Part shown: positions 1 to 9,735 of the stretch, piece by piece | How positions within the stretch are numbered: the stretch's first letter is position 1 | How the letters are laid out: each line of letters opens with the position of its first letter | NCBI GenBank assembly: GCA_013115145.1 | Contig: JAAPAO010000372.1 | Span: 1-35,050 of the forward strand | Length of the DNA: 35,050 bases | Origin: Perkinsus chesapeaki ATCC PRA-425 | Lineage: Eukaryota; Protista; Perkinsozoa | Direction: 5' to 3' | The notes under the pieces: model-generated | Told to the model about the DNA's origin: nothing | The model's input: the letters and a program-made list of their open reading frames with translations, nothing else | Database searches by the model: none | Program-made: the position numbers and the translations under genes

Positions 1-211
1 CGGACTGAACGGCAAGCTAATCCGGGTCGCCCAAGACATGCCCAAGCCCGAATTGAACCTCGACCTCACCCCTGACGCCGCTGGGGGTTATTGCGGCGCG
101 CGAGAAAAAAGTTGGGAGCCTCAAGAGAAAAGTTGGTCACCTGAAGGAAAAAGTTGACCCGCGTAAGAAAATTCTTGCCTTCGGCAAGAATATCCCCTCT
201 TACACTCCCAG

Positions 212-3200
212 GTGGAGGGCGTCCAACTTTCTGGTACAGCATGGAAGATCCGTCGAGATAAACTCATCTTCTGCTTGGGAAGATATCAGTATTTCTCCGT
301 CGAGACAACTCGAGCAGAGGAATTCCCAGCCTTAAGAGAGACCACAAACCTTGAGGACTTCAATGGCCATTTAGATGAGCTTGCGGAGAAACATGCTCCT
401 ACCACTTTAGACGCCCTGCTGGGTATACCTATTGAGAGGCAGAACAAGAAGGATGGGATGTACATGAAGACCAAATCTTCAAAATCCTGGTCCGACAAAT
501 CTGACACGATTCAGAAGACTGAACAAAAACAAGAAGAATCTAAGACCTCCCCGAGTAGCACCATACTTAAGACAGAGCATTCTAGCTCTGATGCTTCTAA
601 AAAATCCTCGAAAATGTCGAAGAGGCCGCCCAAAGGCGCCTGCTTCGAATGTGGACAACAGGGCCATCTGCAGTATGACTGCCCTAATAAATCCGTTAAA
701 TCAGATAAGTCCGGCAAGTCTGATACAAGTAGCTATAAGTCCGGCAACAGCGAAGCATCCTCTGAGAGTTCTGCTAATAAGGCTACACGCAGTGGACATA
801 CTTATGCATTGGCAGGCACTACCAACACCGGTGACCTAGCAACAGGAAATGTTGATATTATCTGCCCAAATGGGACGTGTCGCACTGTTAAAGCGGGGTT
901 GGATACCTGCAGCACCATAAACTTATGCGCAGCATCCATATGTGAGGAGCTACAATGTGAAATACAAGCCCTCGATCAACACATCACCGTAAATACTTTC
1001 GGCGGAGATCTGTCACTTGCTCGCCAAGCCCGTCTGTCTATACTTCAATCACCAAATAAAAACATCGCTACCGACTGTTATGTGCTAGATGATGAATTTA
1101 TGCCAGCTGGTTTGGATATCTTACTTGGGTATCGTACTATGGCTATTTTGGGATATAAACTGGTCATGACAAAACCCCAGGATAACGATGGAGATAGATC
1201 GCATATACCTTCTGAAAAATCATATGTGATTCATACAGCCGAAGCCGAAGAACATGTGGAGCCTATGGAGGATATCTTCCTAGCCTACAGTAAACCAACT
1301 CCTCGTGTTAATGCAGACCTTTCACGCTCATATGACGATATGGTAAAATGTGGTATAGAATATTTGACATCCACATATCGGGATTGGACCCGAGTCCAAG
1401 GCAATAAATGGTACCAGTTTAGAATACGACCCATAGAACCGGAGGAAATAAAAGATACTCCAGACCAACGTTTTGTGTACGAGTTCGACTGGATTGACCA
1501 AGCGCCGGAATCCCAACAAAAAGGGACCAACACCTATGATTATGGGTCCAATATGCTGGCCAATATGAGCGAGGCACAAAAAGTTATTTTCTCTGCTGAG
1601 GTCAATAACTACTTATCGAAAGGGTGGTGGTACCCATTTGATTCATCAAAAGAAGATTTGGACAAGGCCATCGTGATTTTTCCTGTGCATCAACCTAACC
1701 ATCCGGGGCATAGTATACGCCCGTGTGCGGATGCTCGTAGGAAGAACGTTGGCTTGCCAGTATGTGGATATTATGATTTACCCATATCTGACTGTGCTAC
1801 ACTACTCCTTGGAAATCCCTCCCGGAACTTAGAGTTCCGGGATATTTCCAAAGCGTTTTATCGCCTACGATTACCAAAACATCGTCGACTACTTCTCACA
1901 GCCAACAAGACCAAATATGGCTCAGACCGGATTGTGTTTGGGCTGAAATGTGGACCCCTAGCATTATCAGCCTATACCAACGCCCTCATACTCTCCTTAT
2001 ACACCGCTCTCACCGGCAATCCCACGCCTGCGCTCTCTCCAGAGGAAAGACCATTATATATTAACAACCTTTGCCTCATCGCCTATTATGATGATTTTGC
2101 CATCAGTACGGTGGACGAACGGCTCGGTTGTCTGGTGAGGGACCTACTGGACTCTATCGGTGCTTGCTGTGGAATCGAGTTCCCTAGCTCGAAGAGTGAC
2201 ACGATTGGAACTACCCCGAGCCGTCATTTAGGCCTGAATTGGTGGTTCGATGAGAACAACCGTCTATGTTGTAATTGTCCTGTCCCTGACGTCTCAGGTT
2301 GGGATTTGCAGGGACCGCTGACGAAGCGAGTATTGTTTCGCTTATGCGGAATTGCCCCAGATCCACTACGACTACATCCTGAACGTAGCCTCATATTTGA
2401 CACACTGCGTGCTTGGGCTGGGCGATACGGGTCTTCTACCGATAAAAGGTCATGGGACGAATTACTCCCCCTTGGTAATGGTGACTATGGTAAGGTCCGT
2501 AAACTTTTCCTACAAGCACTGCAGCTCACTGAAGCCTGCAGTCATAGCTCATGGCAGTACACAAGCATTGTCCGAGGTTATAGCGATGCTTGCGAACAAG
2601 GGTATGGCTGGGTTATCCAAGATAATGAAGGAACTACCATACGCGAAAAATCGCGTGTTTTCCCTGCAAAGCTGCATTGGCATACCAATCGCAAGGAGCT
2701 CTTCTCACTGCTGGATATGATCCGTGAGATAGTCCGCCTTGTGGAGCTTGGTCTACCAATACGAGAGGTCGAGCTCTACTCAGACAATGTCTCAACGGTT
2801 ACTTGGTGTCAAAACCATCTCAGCAATTTGAAAGGATACGACCGTCTTGCTGTCCGCCGACTTGTTGACCAATTTTCAGAGGCAGAAGAAGTGCTACTTA
2901 ATCGAGGAGTACGAGTTGTCACGGTGGCACACTTGCCAGGCTCTCTTAACCAACGAGCAGATCATCTCAGCAGGTGGGTAACTAGTCTCAGCCTCCCTCA
3001 ACCCTTACAGGCAAGAAGTAAGGAAAAGCTCTTCTTCCTAGCCGACGATCAGTCGCAGTTCTCCCCTAACGACGCCCACCAGGACGTCGACCCTACTGCA
3101 ATTCATCAGTCGCCGGTGTCAAACGGTGAATTCCGAAAACGCTGTGCTGAAGCTCTACCTCGCGACAGTACCAGATGGCGACATCATGAACTTCGACGAC

Positions 3201-4738
3201 TTTTGCTAGAATCCTCCGAAAGAAAGACACGTGAAACATCAACCCTGTGGTGCTTTCACACCGACGACAATTGTGTTTTTTTCGTTGACGCGGATGGTAA
3301 CAAGCGGTTGTATGTCCCCGACGAGTCCGAAAAACTGAGGACCGAGATTCTCGCCAGCTGCCATTGGCACCATTTTCCTACTACAGCTATGCTGCATCGT
3401 CTTCGGCAACAATTTTGGTGGCCCAGCATGAAAAGGGATGCTCGCAGATTTACGGAGCGGTGTATAACCTGTCGCAAAGAGAGGCTGCGACTTGTTGCTA
3501 TTGGTGGAGGACAGCGACCTCGAGCAATATCTCGTCGGTTCGAGTCTATCACTGTTGATTTTTTGGGTCCTCTTACAGGTTTCCGGATGACGTCGACTGG
3601 CTGGGAGTCTCCCAGTATTTTGGTAATAGTCGACAACTTCAGTTCCTGGCTAGAGCTGGTACCGACCCCTACACAAGACAGCAAATCCGCCGTCAAGGGG
3701 GTCCTGTCATGGTGTCTACGATACGGACTTCCTCGTACTATCCAGTCGGATAGAGGTGGCAGTTTCGTGTCTGAGATAACTCGTTCGGTATTTGAAGCCT
3801 TTGGTGTTAGAAGCGTTGTCGGTGCTGGACATCATCCTCAACCTCAAGGCACTGCCGAGCAATGCGTCGGCGCAGTTAAGTCCGGCATCCGCCGTTTACT
3901 GGCACATGTACCAGCTGCTGTTGTTCTTGAACACCTGCAGTGGATATCCCGTATTCATAATGTGTCAGCTCGGTATGATGACGAGATTACACCCGAAGAA
4001 CTACTATATGGTGGAAGAACCCGTGACGCTCTGGATCTATTACTTACCCCAGACACCCAGGATACATCCACAATAAGTAAAAACGATTATTTGCACGAAT
4101 TGCGTGATAATCTAGAGTCTCTGCATGATCACTGGAGACGGATCATTGCAGAACAAAGAGTTGCTGGTCTCGCTGAACGGCCTCGCGTCGAGCCTCCCGT
4201 CGACGTAGGTGACAGGGTATGTCGTGTTTTTGTTGATGGTTTACACAAAAAAAGGGTTACTGGGCCTTTTCTAATTGACTCTGTCAACGAAACACGCACT
4301 ATGGCCAAGTTCACCAACGGTAATGAGGCCCCACTTTGGCAGCTTTTTATCGTGCCAACAGCTCACCTGTCCAACTCCTACGGTGATTTCGCCCTTCCAT
4401 TGTCTAGGCAACTTCGACAGACTCCAGTTGACGACTTGGGGCCAGGAGACCTAGTGGCATTCAGGACAATGGACGACACTGACGATGATACTACTTTCGT
4501 TGATCTAGCAGAAGTCGTTTGTAATCGTGTCGAAGACGAAGAGCTTGAACTGCGCCGGCTCCTTGTCGATGACAAAGGTAAATGGCATAAGCTCGCGCCC
4601 GACCATCCCAGTGCCGGCGTCTTTCCCGTCGATTACGCGGCCGTGGTATGCTGTGGACCTGACATGAAGATCAATAAGAGCGGCAGCTTGGCCCAAAGTT
4701 CCCGCATCTTACTTCAGAAGGCTGGTGTTCCGCTCTAA
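212..4738 (+). CDS. Gag-Pol polyprotein, single uninterrupted ORF (true start uncertain)
   Basis: CCHC knuckle CFECGQQGHLQYDC; protease LDTCS; RT motifs DISKAFY and YYDD; RNase H YSDAC..ELFSLL..YSDN..NQRADHLSR; integrase HWHH..CITC, VDNFS, QSDRG, QGTAE; GPF motif. Confidence 0.93.
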   Translation: MEGVQLSGTAWKIRRDKLIFCLGRYQYFSVETTRAEEFPALRETTNLEDFNGHLDELAEKHAPTTLDALLGIPIERQNKKDGMYMKTKSSKSWSDKSDTIQKTEQKQEESKTSPSSTILKTEHSSSDASKKSSKMSKRPPKGACFECGQQGHLQYDCPNKSVKSDKSGKSDTSSYKSGNSEASSESSANKATRSGHTYALAGTTNTGDLATGNVDIICPNGTCRTVKAGLDTCSTINLCAASICEELQCEIQALDQHITVNTFGGDLSLARQARLSILQSPNKNIATDCYVLDDEFMPAGLDILLGYRTMAILGYKLVMTKPQDNDGDRSHIPSEKSYVIHTAEAEEHVEPMEDIFLAYSKPTPRVNADLSRSYDDMVKCGIEYLTSTYRDWTRVQGNKWYQFRIRPIEPEEIKDTPDQRFVYEFDWIDQAPESQQKGTNTYDYGSNMLANMSEAQKVIFSAEVNNYLSKGWWYPFDSSKEDLDKAIVIFPVHQPNHPGHSIRPCADARRKNVGLPVCGYYDLPISDCATLLLGNPSRNLEFRDISKAFYRLRLPKHRRLLLTANKTKYGSDRIVFGLKCGPLALSAYTNALILSLYTALTGNPTPALSPEERPLYINNLCLIAYYDDFAISTVDERLGCLVRDLLDSIGACCGIEFPSSKSDTIGTTPSRHLGLNWWFDENNRLCCNCPVPDVSGWDLQGPLTKRVLFRLCGIAPDPLRLHPERSLIFDTLRAWAGRYGSSTDKRSWDELLPLGNGDYGKVRKLFLQALQLTEACSHSSWQYTSIVRGYSDACEQGYGWVIQDNEGTTIREKSRVFPAKLHWHTNRKELFSLLDMIREIVRLVELGLPIREVELYSDNVSTVTWCQNHLSNLKGYDRLAVRRLVDQFSEAEEVLLNRGVRVVTVAHLPGSLNQRADHLSRWVTSLSLPQPLQARSKEKLFFLADDQSQFSPNDAHQDVDPTAIHQSPVSNGEFRKRCAEALPRDSTRWRHHELRRLLLESSERKTRETSTLWCFHTDDNCVFFVDADGNKRLYVPDESEKLRTEILASCHWHHFPTTAMLHRLRQQFWWPSMKRDARRFTERCITCRKERLRLVAIGGGQRPRAISRRFESITVDFLGPLTGFRMTSTGWESPSILVIVDNFSSWLELVPTPTQDSKSAVKGVLSWCLRYGLPRTIQSDRGGSFVSEITRSVFEAFGVRSVVGAGHHPQPQGTAEQCVGAVKSGIRRLLAHVPAAVVLEHLQWISRIHNVSARYDDEITPEELLYGGRTRDALDLLLTPDTQDTSTISKNDYLHELRDNLESLHDHWRRIIAEQRVAGLAERPRVEPPVDVGDRVCRVFVDGLHKKRVTGPFLIDSVNETRTMAKFTNGNEAPLWQLFIVPTAHLSNSYGDFALPLSRQLRQTPVDDLGPGDLVAFRTMDDTDDDTTFVDLAEVVCNRVEDEELELRRLLVDDKGKWHKLAPDHPSAGVFPVDYAAVVCCGPDMKINKSGSLAQSSRILLQKAGVPL

Positions 4739-4926
4739 TAAGATCTTCCATCATGGAAGTTCCATGGTCTATTTCTATTCTCTCCTATTTGTTGGTAAGC
4801 CTTACCTGTCTAAGACTGGACTACGGTGCCAGCTACAGCTAAGCTATGCTTTACTCTGTTTTACCCCTCACTTGTATTCGTACTTGTATGTATTTTCCGA
4901 AGATACACCTTTTTTGGGAGGGGGCA

Positions 4927-5482
4927 TGTGCCCGCCAGGCAAGATGAACATATCGATTAGCATGGCGAGCGCGGTTGACAATGATGATGTTGGAATTCCA
5001 TGTCTCATGCTTTTGTTATAAGCTGTTACTGTTAACCTCTAACGTATCCTTTGGTTATGCCAAGTCCTAGTCATTATACAGACAATGCCGATGGGGAGCA
5101 GGAACAAGACCGTGAATGTGAAGTGTCGAAACTTGCCAGTCACGGAGGACCGTTGTGGTTCAATAAAACCGTTATGGCTGAACGCTCCGTCTGGTATTGG
5201 GGGCACTTGATGAGTCCACGCCGAACGTCGTACTTGCGTACTCCGCTTTGAAGGTCCATAATTATACGCACACCTGCACGCAGACGCACAGCCCTGTATC
5301 GGTCTGTATGGGGGACAAGTTCCGGAATCGGTCCGCTGGGACATTTCAATGAATCAGTTGCAGCGCCCCACGCGACTCGTGACTCACTGTCGGTCTGTAG
5401 TCGGCGACGTTCGGTTCTTGTCGTGGGTGCACAGTGCATCACGTGTCGCGATATTAGTTGATGAACTCGGAAGAATAACACA
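4927..5482 (+). repeat. Putative 3' LTR (about 556 nt)
   Basis: Starts with TGTG two nt after the PPT, contains AATAAA at 5162, and ends at candidate CACA 5479-5482. No second LTR in the window to confirm the end. Confidence 0.5.
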
Positions 5483-6003
5483 ACAAGGGAGCTTGAGCCA
5501 GAATACCAATACTACGACCCTGGGACGATAGATATAAGCGCACTAACTGCACTTAAGTTCTGTACCAATCTATGTGTACGCAAACACAATTACTCTGCGC
5601 AATTAATCGATATTGGGCTCGACAGCTATAAAGGGAATGGCAAAGGTTTAATACAACAGAGAGCCCTTCGGGACATAACAGGTTGTGGGGAAATCAGCAA
5701 TATAGCAAGATGGGGATCAATCTGGACCCACAACACACACGAGTGCATGCGTGCAAGTGAAAGTCACAATGAACGAATACTGTGGAATGGATGGCGCCGC
5801 TGATTCCACTCTCTTTGCATGCCTTACCGTTTTCGAATTCGATAATAGGCTCGTTCGGACAACTTCTACATAACCTCTCAATTGCCTATCACTTTCCCGC
5901 CGTAAAATGGCTCTAATCGGTGAATCATGCCCAAGAGCGCTTGCCGATACTAGGCGTGCAGTAGAGCGATACTGTGCTGAACTTGATTTGATCCCAATAA
6001 CAA

Positions 6004-6216
6004 GAACTTTAATAAAACTCGGTATGAGTTGATTGATAAACATCATGGTGTCATACAACATACAAATGAATAATGGTTTTGGTATTATTAATAACATCAT
6101 AATAAAATAATATTAAATAAATATTATTTATAGACTATTAATGGATTATATCTTTTATCGATTAAATATATTAGATAGTAACACCAACAATTCTCCATCA
6201 TTCGCCATCCTCTTTT
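6004..6216 (-). repeat. Shared 3' element, copy 1 (160-nt core 6004-6163), downstream of secreted paralog A
   Basis: Reverse complement matches 23615-23774 and 29170-29329, with 3 differences to each by eye. Confidence 0.95.
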
Positions 6217-6233
6217 TACAATATATCTTCCGA

Positions 6234-7283
6234 TCAACTCCTACGAGTTTTCGCTGGACGACTTGGTCTTCTAATCAACCTCTTTAGACGCCCAAAGCGT
6301 GACAGTTGCTTTCCCGGTTGTTCAGTGCCCCCTCCGTGAACCATCTCATCATCTTCCGACATATCCGCATCGTCATTCAGTAGTTTACTTCCGAGCTCAT
6401 CTTTCTCAATGCCTGGAGATATGGGCAAAAATCTTCGAAGTGATCTCGTTATTCTTTTCGTCCTGGATGGTTCCCTTTCCGCCTTGAACAAAGCTGCTAT
6501 CTGATCTTTAGTAAGTGCCTCTCCATCGAGGATGCTCTCACGAGCCTGTGGGAACGTTGCCTTCCAACCATCAAAGAGGCCAACGTTAACTGGCTCAAGG
6601 ATAAGGCGGCGAGTTCGGCCGTCACTTTCCAGCACCACCTGCATAGCCTTGCCATACATAGTTCGTGCGAAGCTACCATAGGGCCAACCCTCCACATTGG
6701 AGGACTGTAGTTCGCCATTTTCATTCGTAACGACATCCACGTTTATATCGTCTTCGGTGAAGCCGTAGTAACGCGTATTAGGAGCAGCTTTTCCGCCGTC
6801 ACTGTCAACATCTACGTGATGTAGCTTGCCTTTCGTACAGAGGCCGTTCAGCTTTTTGACGATGGGGTCTTTATTCGACAAAGTCTTCACTATGACCGAC
6901 CCTGCTGAATCCTCCTTAGATATCGTGCTTGTGAGGTCCTGGAAGCAGGTTTTGTCAGATATTTGAACCTTGGCGATGAAGTTTTGGCAACCGCTTGTGC
7001 TGTTGACAGTAGATATCAGCACGAATCGCTTGTCCTCATTCTTGTCCTGCAGAACGCAAAGCAGTGTTGCAATTGTACCTTTATTCTAGCTCACCTTCGA
7101 TTTCCTAGCCGTAGTTTCATCGTTCATAATCACGTAATAGGTCGTACCCATTTCATCATCTCCAAGCAAAACGTGGAGATGCGGCTGAGCAGGTCCAGTC
7201 TGTAACGGATCATCACCCACGACGATCCATAAAGCTGCCACTAGTGACACGCTCCGAAGTAAGGTTGACGATGTAATCTTCAT
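6234..7283 (-). CDS. Secreted hypothetical protein, paralog A (2 exons: 7283-7095, 7046-6234; about 333 aa)
   Basis: MKITSSTLLRSVSLVAALWIVVG is signal-peptide-like. A 48-nt GTGAG..CTGCAG intron (7094-7047) removes the in-frame TAG. Motifs YYV, GCQNF, YYGF, MYGKAM, LEPV and DGEAL are shared with paralogs B and C. Confidence 0.82.
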
Positions 7284-7378
7284 AAATAAATATCTCTGAA
7301 TGCAGTACAGTGAGGCTACTAAGTGTATCGCAGCAAGGAGGAAGCTGTTCAATGCTCGAAGAAGCGAGCCGTTTACGC

Positions 7379-7397
7379 CGTCTCGTAGGCGAGCGAG
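7379..7397 (-). promoter_or_regulatory. Upstream motif TCGCTCGCCT-N-GAGACG of paralog A
   Basis: The minus strand reads TCGCTCGCCTACGAGACG about 96 nt upstream of the ATG. The same motif lies upstream of B and C. Confidence 0.6.
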
Positions 7398-7545
7398 AGT
7401 GTGTAATTGTAGGAAATGTGTATTCGAGCTATCACGGATGTAAAATACTTCCTGCCTAAAGGAAAGTGAAAATATCAGGTTCCGGAATTTCAACACACAC
7501 AGAGTGTTGGAAGCTGCGCCGTTCGATTCGCACTGTAGAACGGTT

Positions 7546-9662
7546 TCATTGGTGTAGCGCACGGATCGTTAACCTCAAAAGCAGCTTGGAAAGCAAGTCT
7601 CTCAGGAAAGATTGAGAGTACCCTCCGCCGGCGACTGACATTGCGGGCAATAAAGGCTTCATGGCTAGCTTTAGTTCATCTCTCCCCATGCAAGTAGAAC
7701 TATTTCGCTTACCATCAGAATCACTGTGCCTTAACGTAGAAAGGCCTAGCGAGGATAAAACGATGTGTTTGCTAGCTTGGCATGATGACCGTATTACTGT
7801 CATAAAGGTACCAAGCACTTCTTCACCGTTGTCCGAGTGATTTGCTATTCAGCGCAAAGTGTCAACTATGATGGAGCAAGACCCAGTCGATGCATCCAAT
7901 GTCCGTCTCGTCTTTAATAACTTAGTACGAATAGGAGACTAAAAAGTTATAAACCTGTTTTCCAGATACTCGAGGACAATTGTACGGTAAGAGACGCTGG
8001 GCTGAAGGACGGCGCGCACATAGATCTTTTGCTCAAGCTTCCCGGCACTGACTCATTCGAGCCCATGCCCAATACTTCTCATGACGATGATTTACCAGAT
8101 ATGTCAGATGTTTAGATTTTTTACGATAGCATCTGGTCTGTTGTGTGATAAGCAGTTTAAAGCCTCTCAAGTGCGTCAAGCGGTAAAAAGGACTTTCATT
8201 ATACTAACGGCAGTTGCACATAAAGCGGATAGTCTAATTAGGCCATTTCCGTCGTTTAATGGACTATAAACTCCCACACACATACTAACGAAACACAAGT
8301 CCTGTATTGTCATACCAGCCTTTGCACGATTTCTGATGCAAACGCTCTGCCGGCCACTGTGCCTATGTTGCGCCTTAGTGTAGATAATTCTGACGGATCT
8401 GCTCTGCCAAGGATGACTGATCGATGGGAAGCCGCCAAGGCCATGTCAAGGAGGCGGTCAGCAATGATGCCCTGAAGGAGCCTCCTCAGATATAGTATAC
8501 TTAACACACTTTAAATGAGCCTATCACAACCGATCTCCGTGGACGCAAGGAAGTAAAGCTTATCCTAATACTTGCTATGTTTCTCTGTATGCTTTGGAAT
8601 GTTGAGGCGGAGTAACTGGGCGACATATAACACTCATTGAGCGCCTGATACTGACGGTATGCTACCATTATGGGAGTATATCGATACACAGTCGACCCGA
8701 GGTCAAGAGTATTCTTGTATCAAAACGGATATGACCTACGTAGATTTTAGTCGTGGATGCACTATACGACAATGATGTCAGTTTCTTTAATGAAAGGTTG
8801 CGCACTATACACTGGAGGTTCTACTGCCCCTCCAGTAATATGAAAAAAAAGCTGAAACAATAGCCAGTAATATCAACTGGAAGCATATCAGGCAGTTCGA
8901 CCTTGTCAAGCACCACGGCTGGATCTTACGTTCAGTATGTCATCGAGGATCTCGGATGAGATAATAACACCTTCACCCTCGGCAACAACTCGCAGTAGAC
9001 TGTCGCATATGACGATTTCTAGGAACCTAATATTTTGCTCACCAATAATAGCACAACGGTTACTCACGTGGAGTCAAGCTCTTGAAACACATCGTCGGTT
9101 TCGGACTTACGACTGAGTTGGATGAGCTTTTCTTTGAACGTGACATGCCTACCGGGGCCCGCGAGCTGATAATAACACAGTAAGGTTCAGGAATGGCAAG
9201 AGAGTTCTCTGGCGTGCTTTCCTCCGTTCCATATTTGTAATACGACACGTGGTAGAACATCTCATAGAGATCATACAGTAGAGAGCGCCATCCAGCGATG
9301 AGAGTCATCGAGCGATTATGATGAGAGTCTTATCTACGCACGTCTTGTAGTGGGTGATGTACAGCATTGCTGAGCAAGCTCGGCAACTTGCTGTGCATGC
9401 CACTACTGTACTAGAGAAAAAGCACTTCTGCCACCTCTTTCTGACGTTTCTCTTTCAAGCTCTTCACACATTGAGCCGCGAATTCTCTAACCTATTTGGT
9501 ATAATCCTCATCAGTATATTCACATTATTGTTTTCGACATACCACTTCTTTTGCAATTTCCCGACCGTTAATCCCGATTATCTCTTCGATGAGTTCATCG
9601 TGTACCGCGACGATATGTTTCGGAAAGCTGGCGATAATGAGCGCTTGAGATTTCGATGGCAT
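7546..9662 (-). CDS. Hypothetical multi-exon protein(s); may be one or two genes
   Basis: Coding-like minus-strand segments bounded by GT/AG: MPSKSQALIIASFPKH.. from 9662, LYDLYEMFYHVSYY.., LRRLLQGIIADRLLDMAL.., LRDLLSKLLLRLTIRALHQ* ending 7546. No family recognised. Confidence 0.4.
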
Positions 9663-9735
9663 CGGTGAGTTCTTAATGTTCGCCGAAAATTAACTTGAAG
9701 CTCAAACACAACAGAGCTGAGTTGGGGTAAGCCCT

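Larger units (their letters stand above)
1..5482 (+). mobile_element. Ty3/gypsy-type LTR retrotransposon; 5' LTR lies outside the window
   Basis: Gag-pol domain order zinc knuckle-PR-RT-RH-IN is the gypsy order. A polypurine tract GGGAGGGGG (4916-4924) is followed by CA and then TGTG at 4927. The right boundary is inferred from a CACA end. Confidence 0.85.

Noticed and set aside
163-211. 49-nt GTAAG..CCCAG candidate intron before the gag-pol ORF
   Set aside because: The upstream frame it would join has a stop at 142-144, so it does not produce a continuous ORF.
5717-6100. 127-aa minus-strand ORF
   Set aside because: Its first third is the AT-rich 3' repeat element. The remainder has no recognisable domain or splice context.
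8021-8037. TAGATCTTTTGCTCAAG resembling a dinoflagellate/perkinsid spliced-leader 3' end
   Set aside because: The match is short, has several mismatches and is not followed by a recognisable gene start. Chance is likely.
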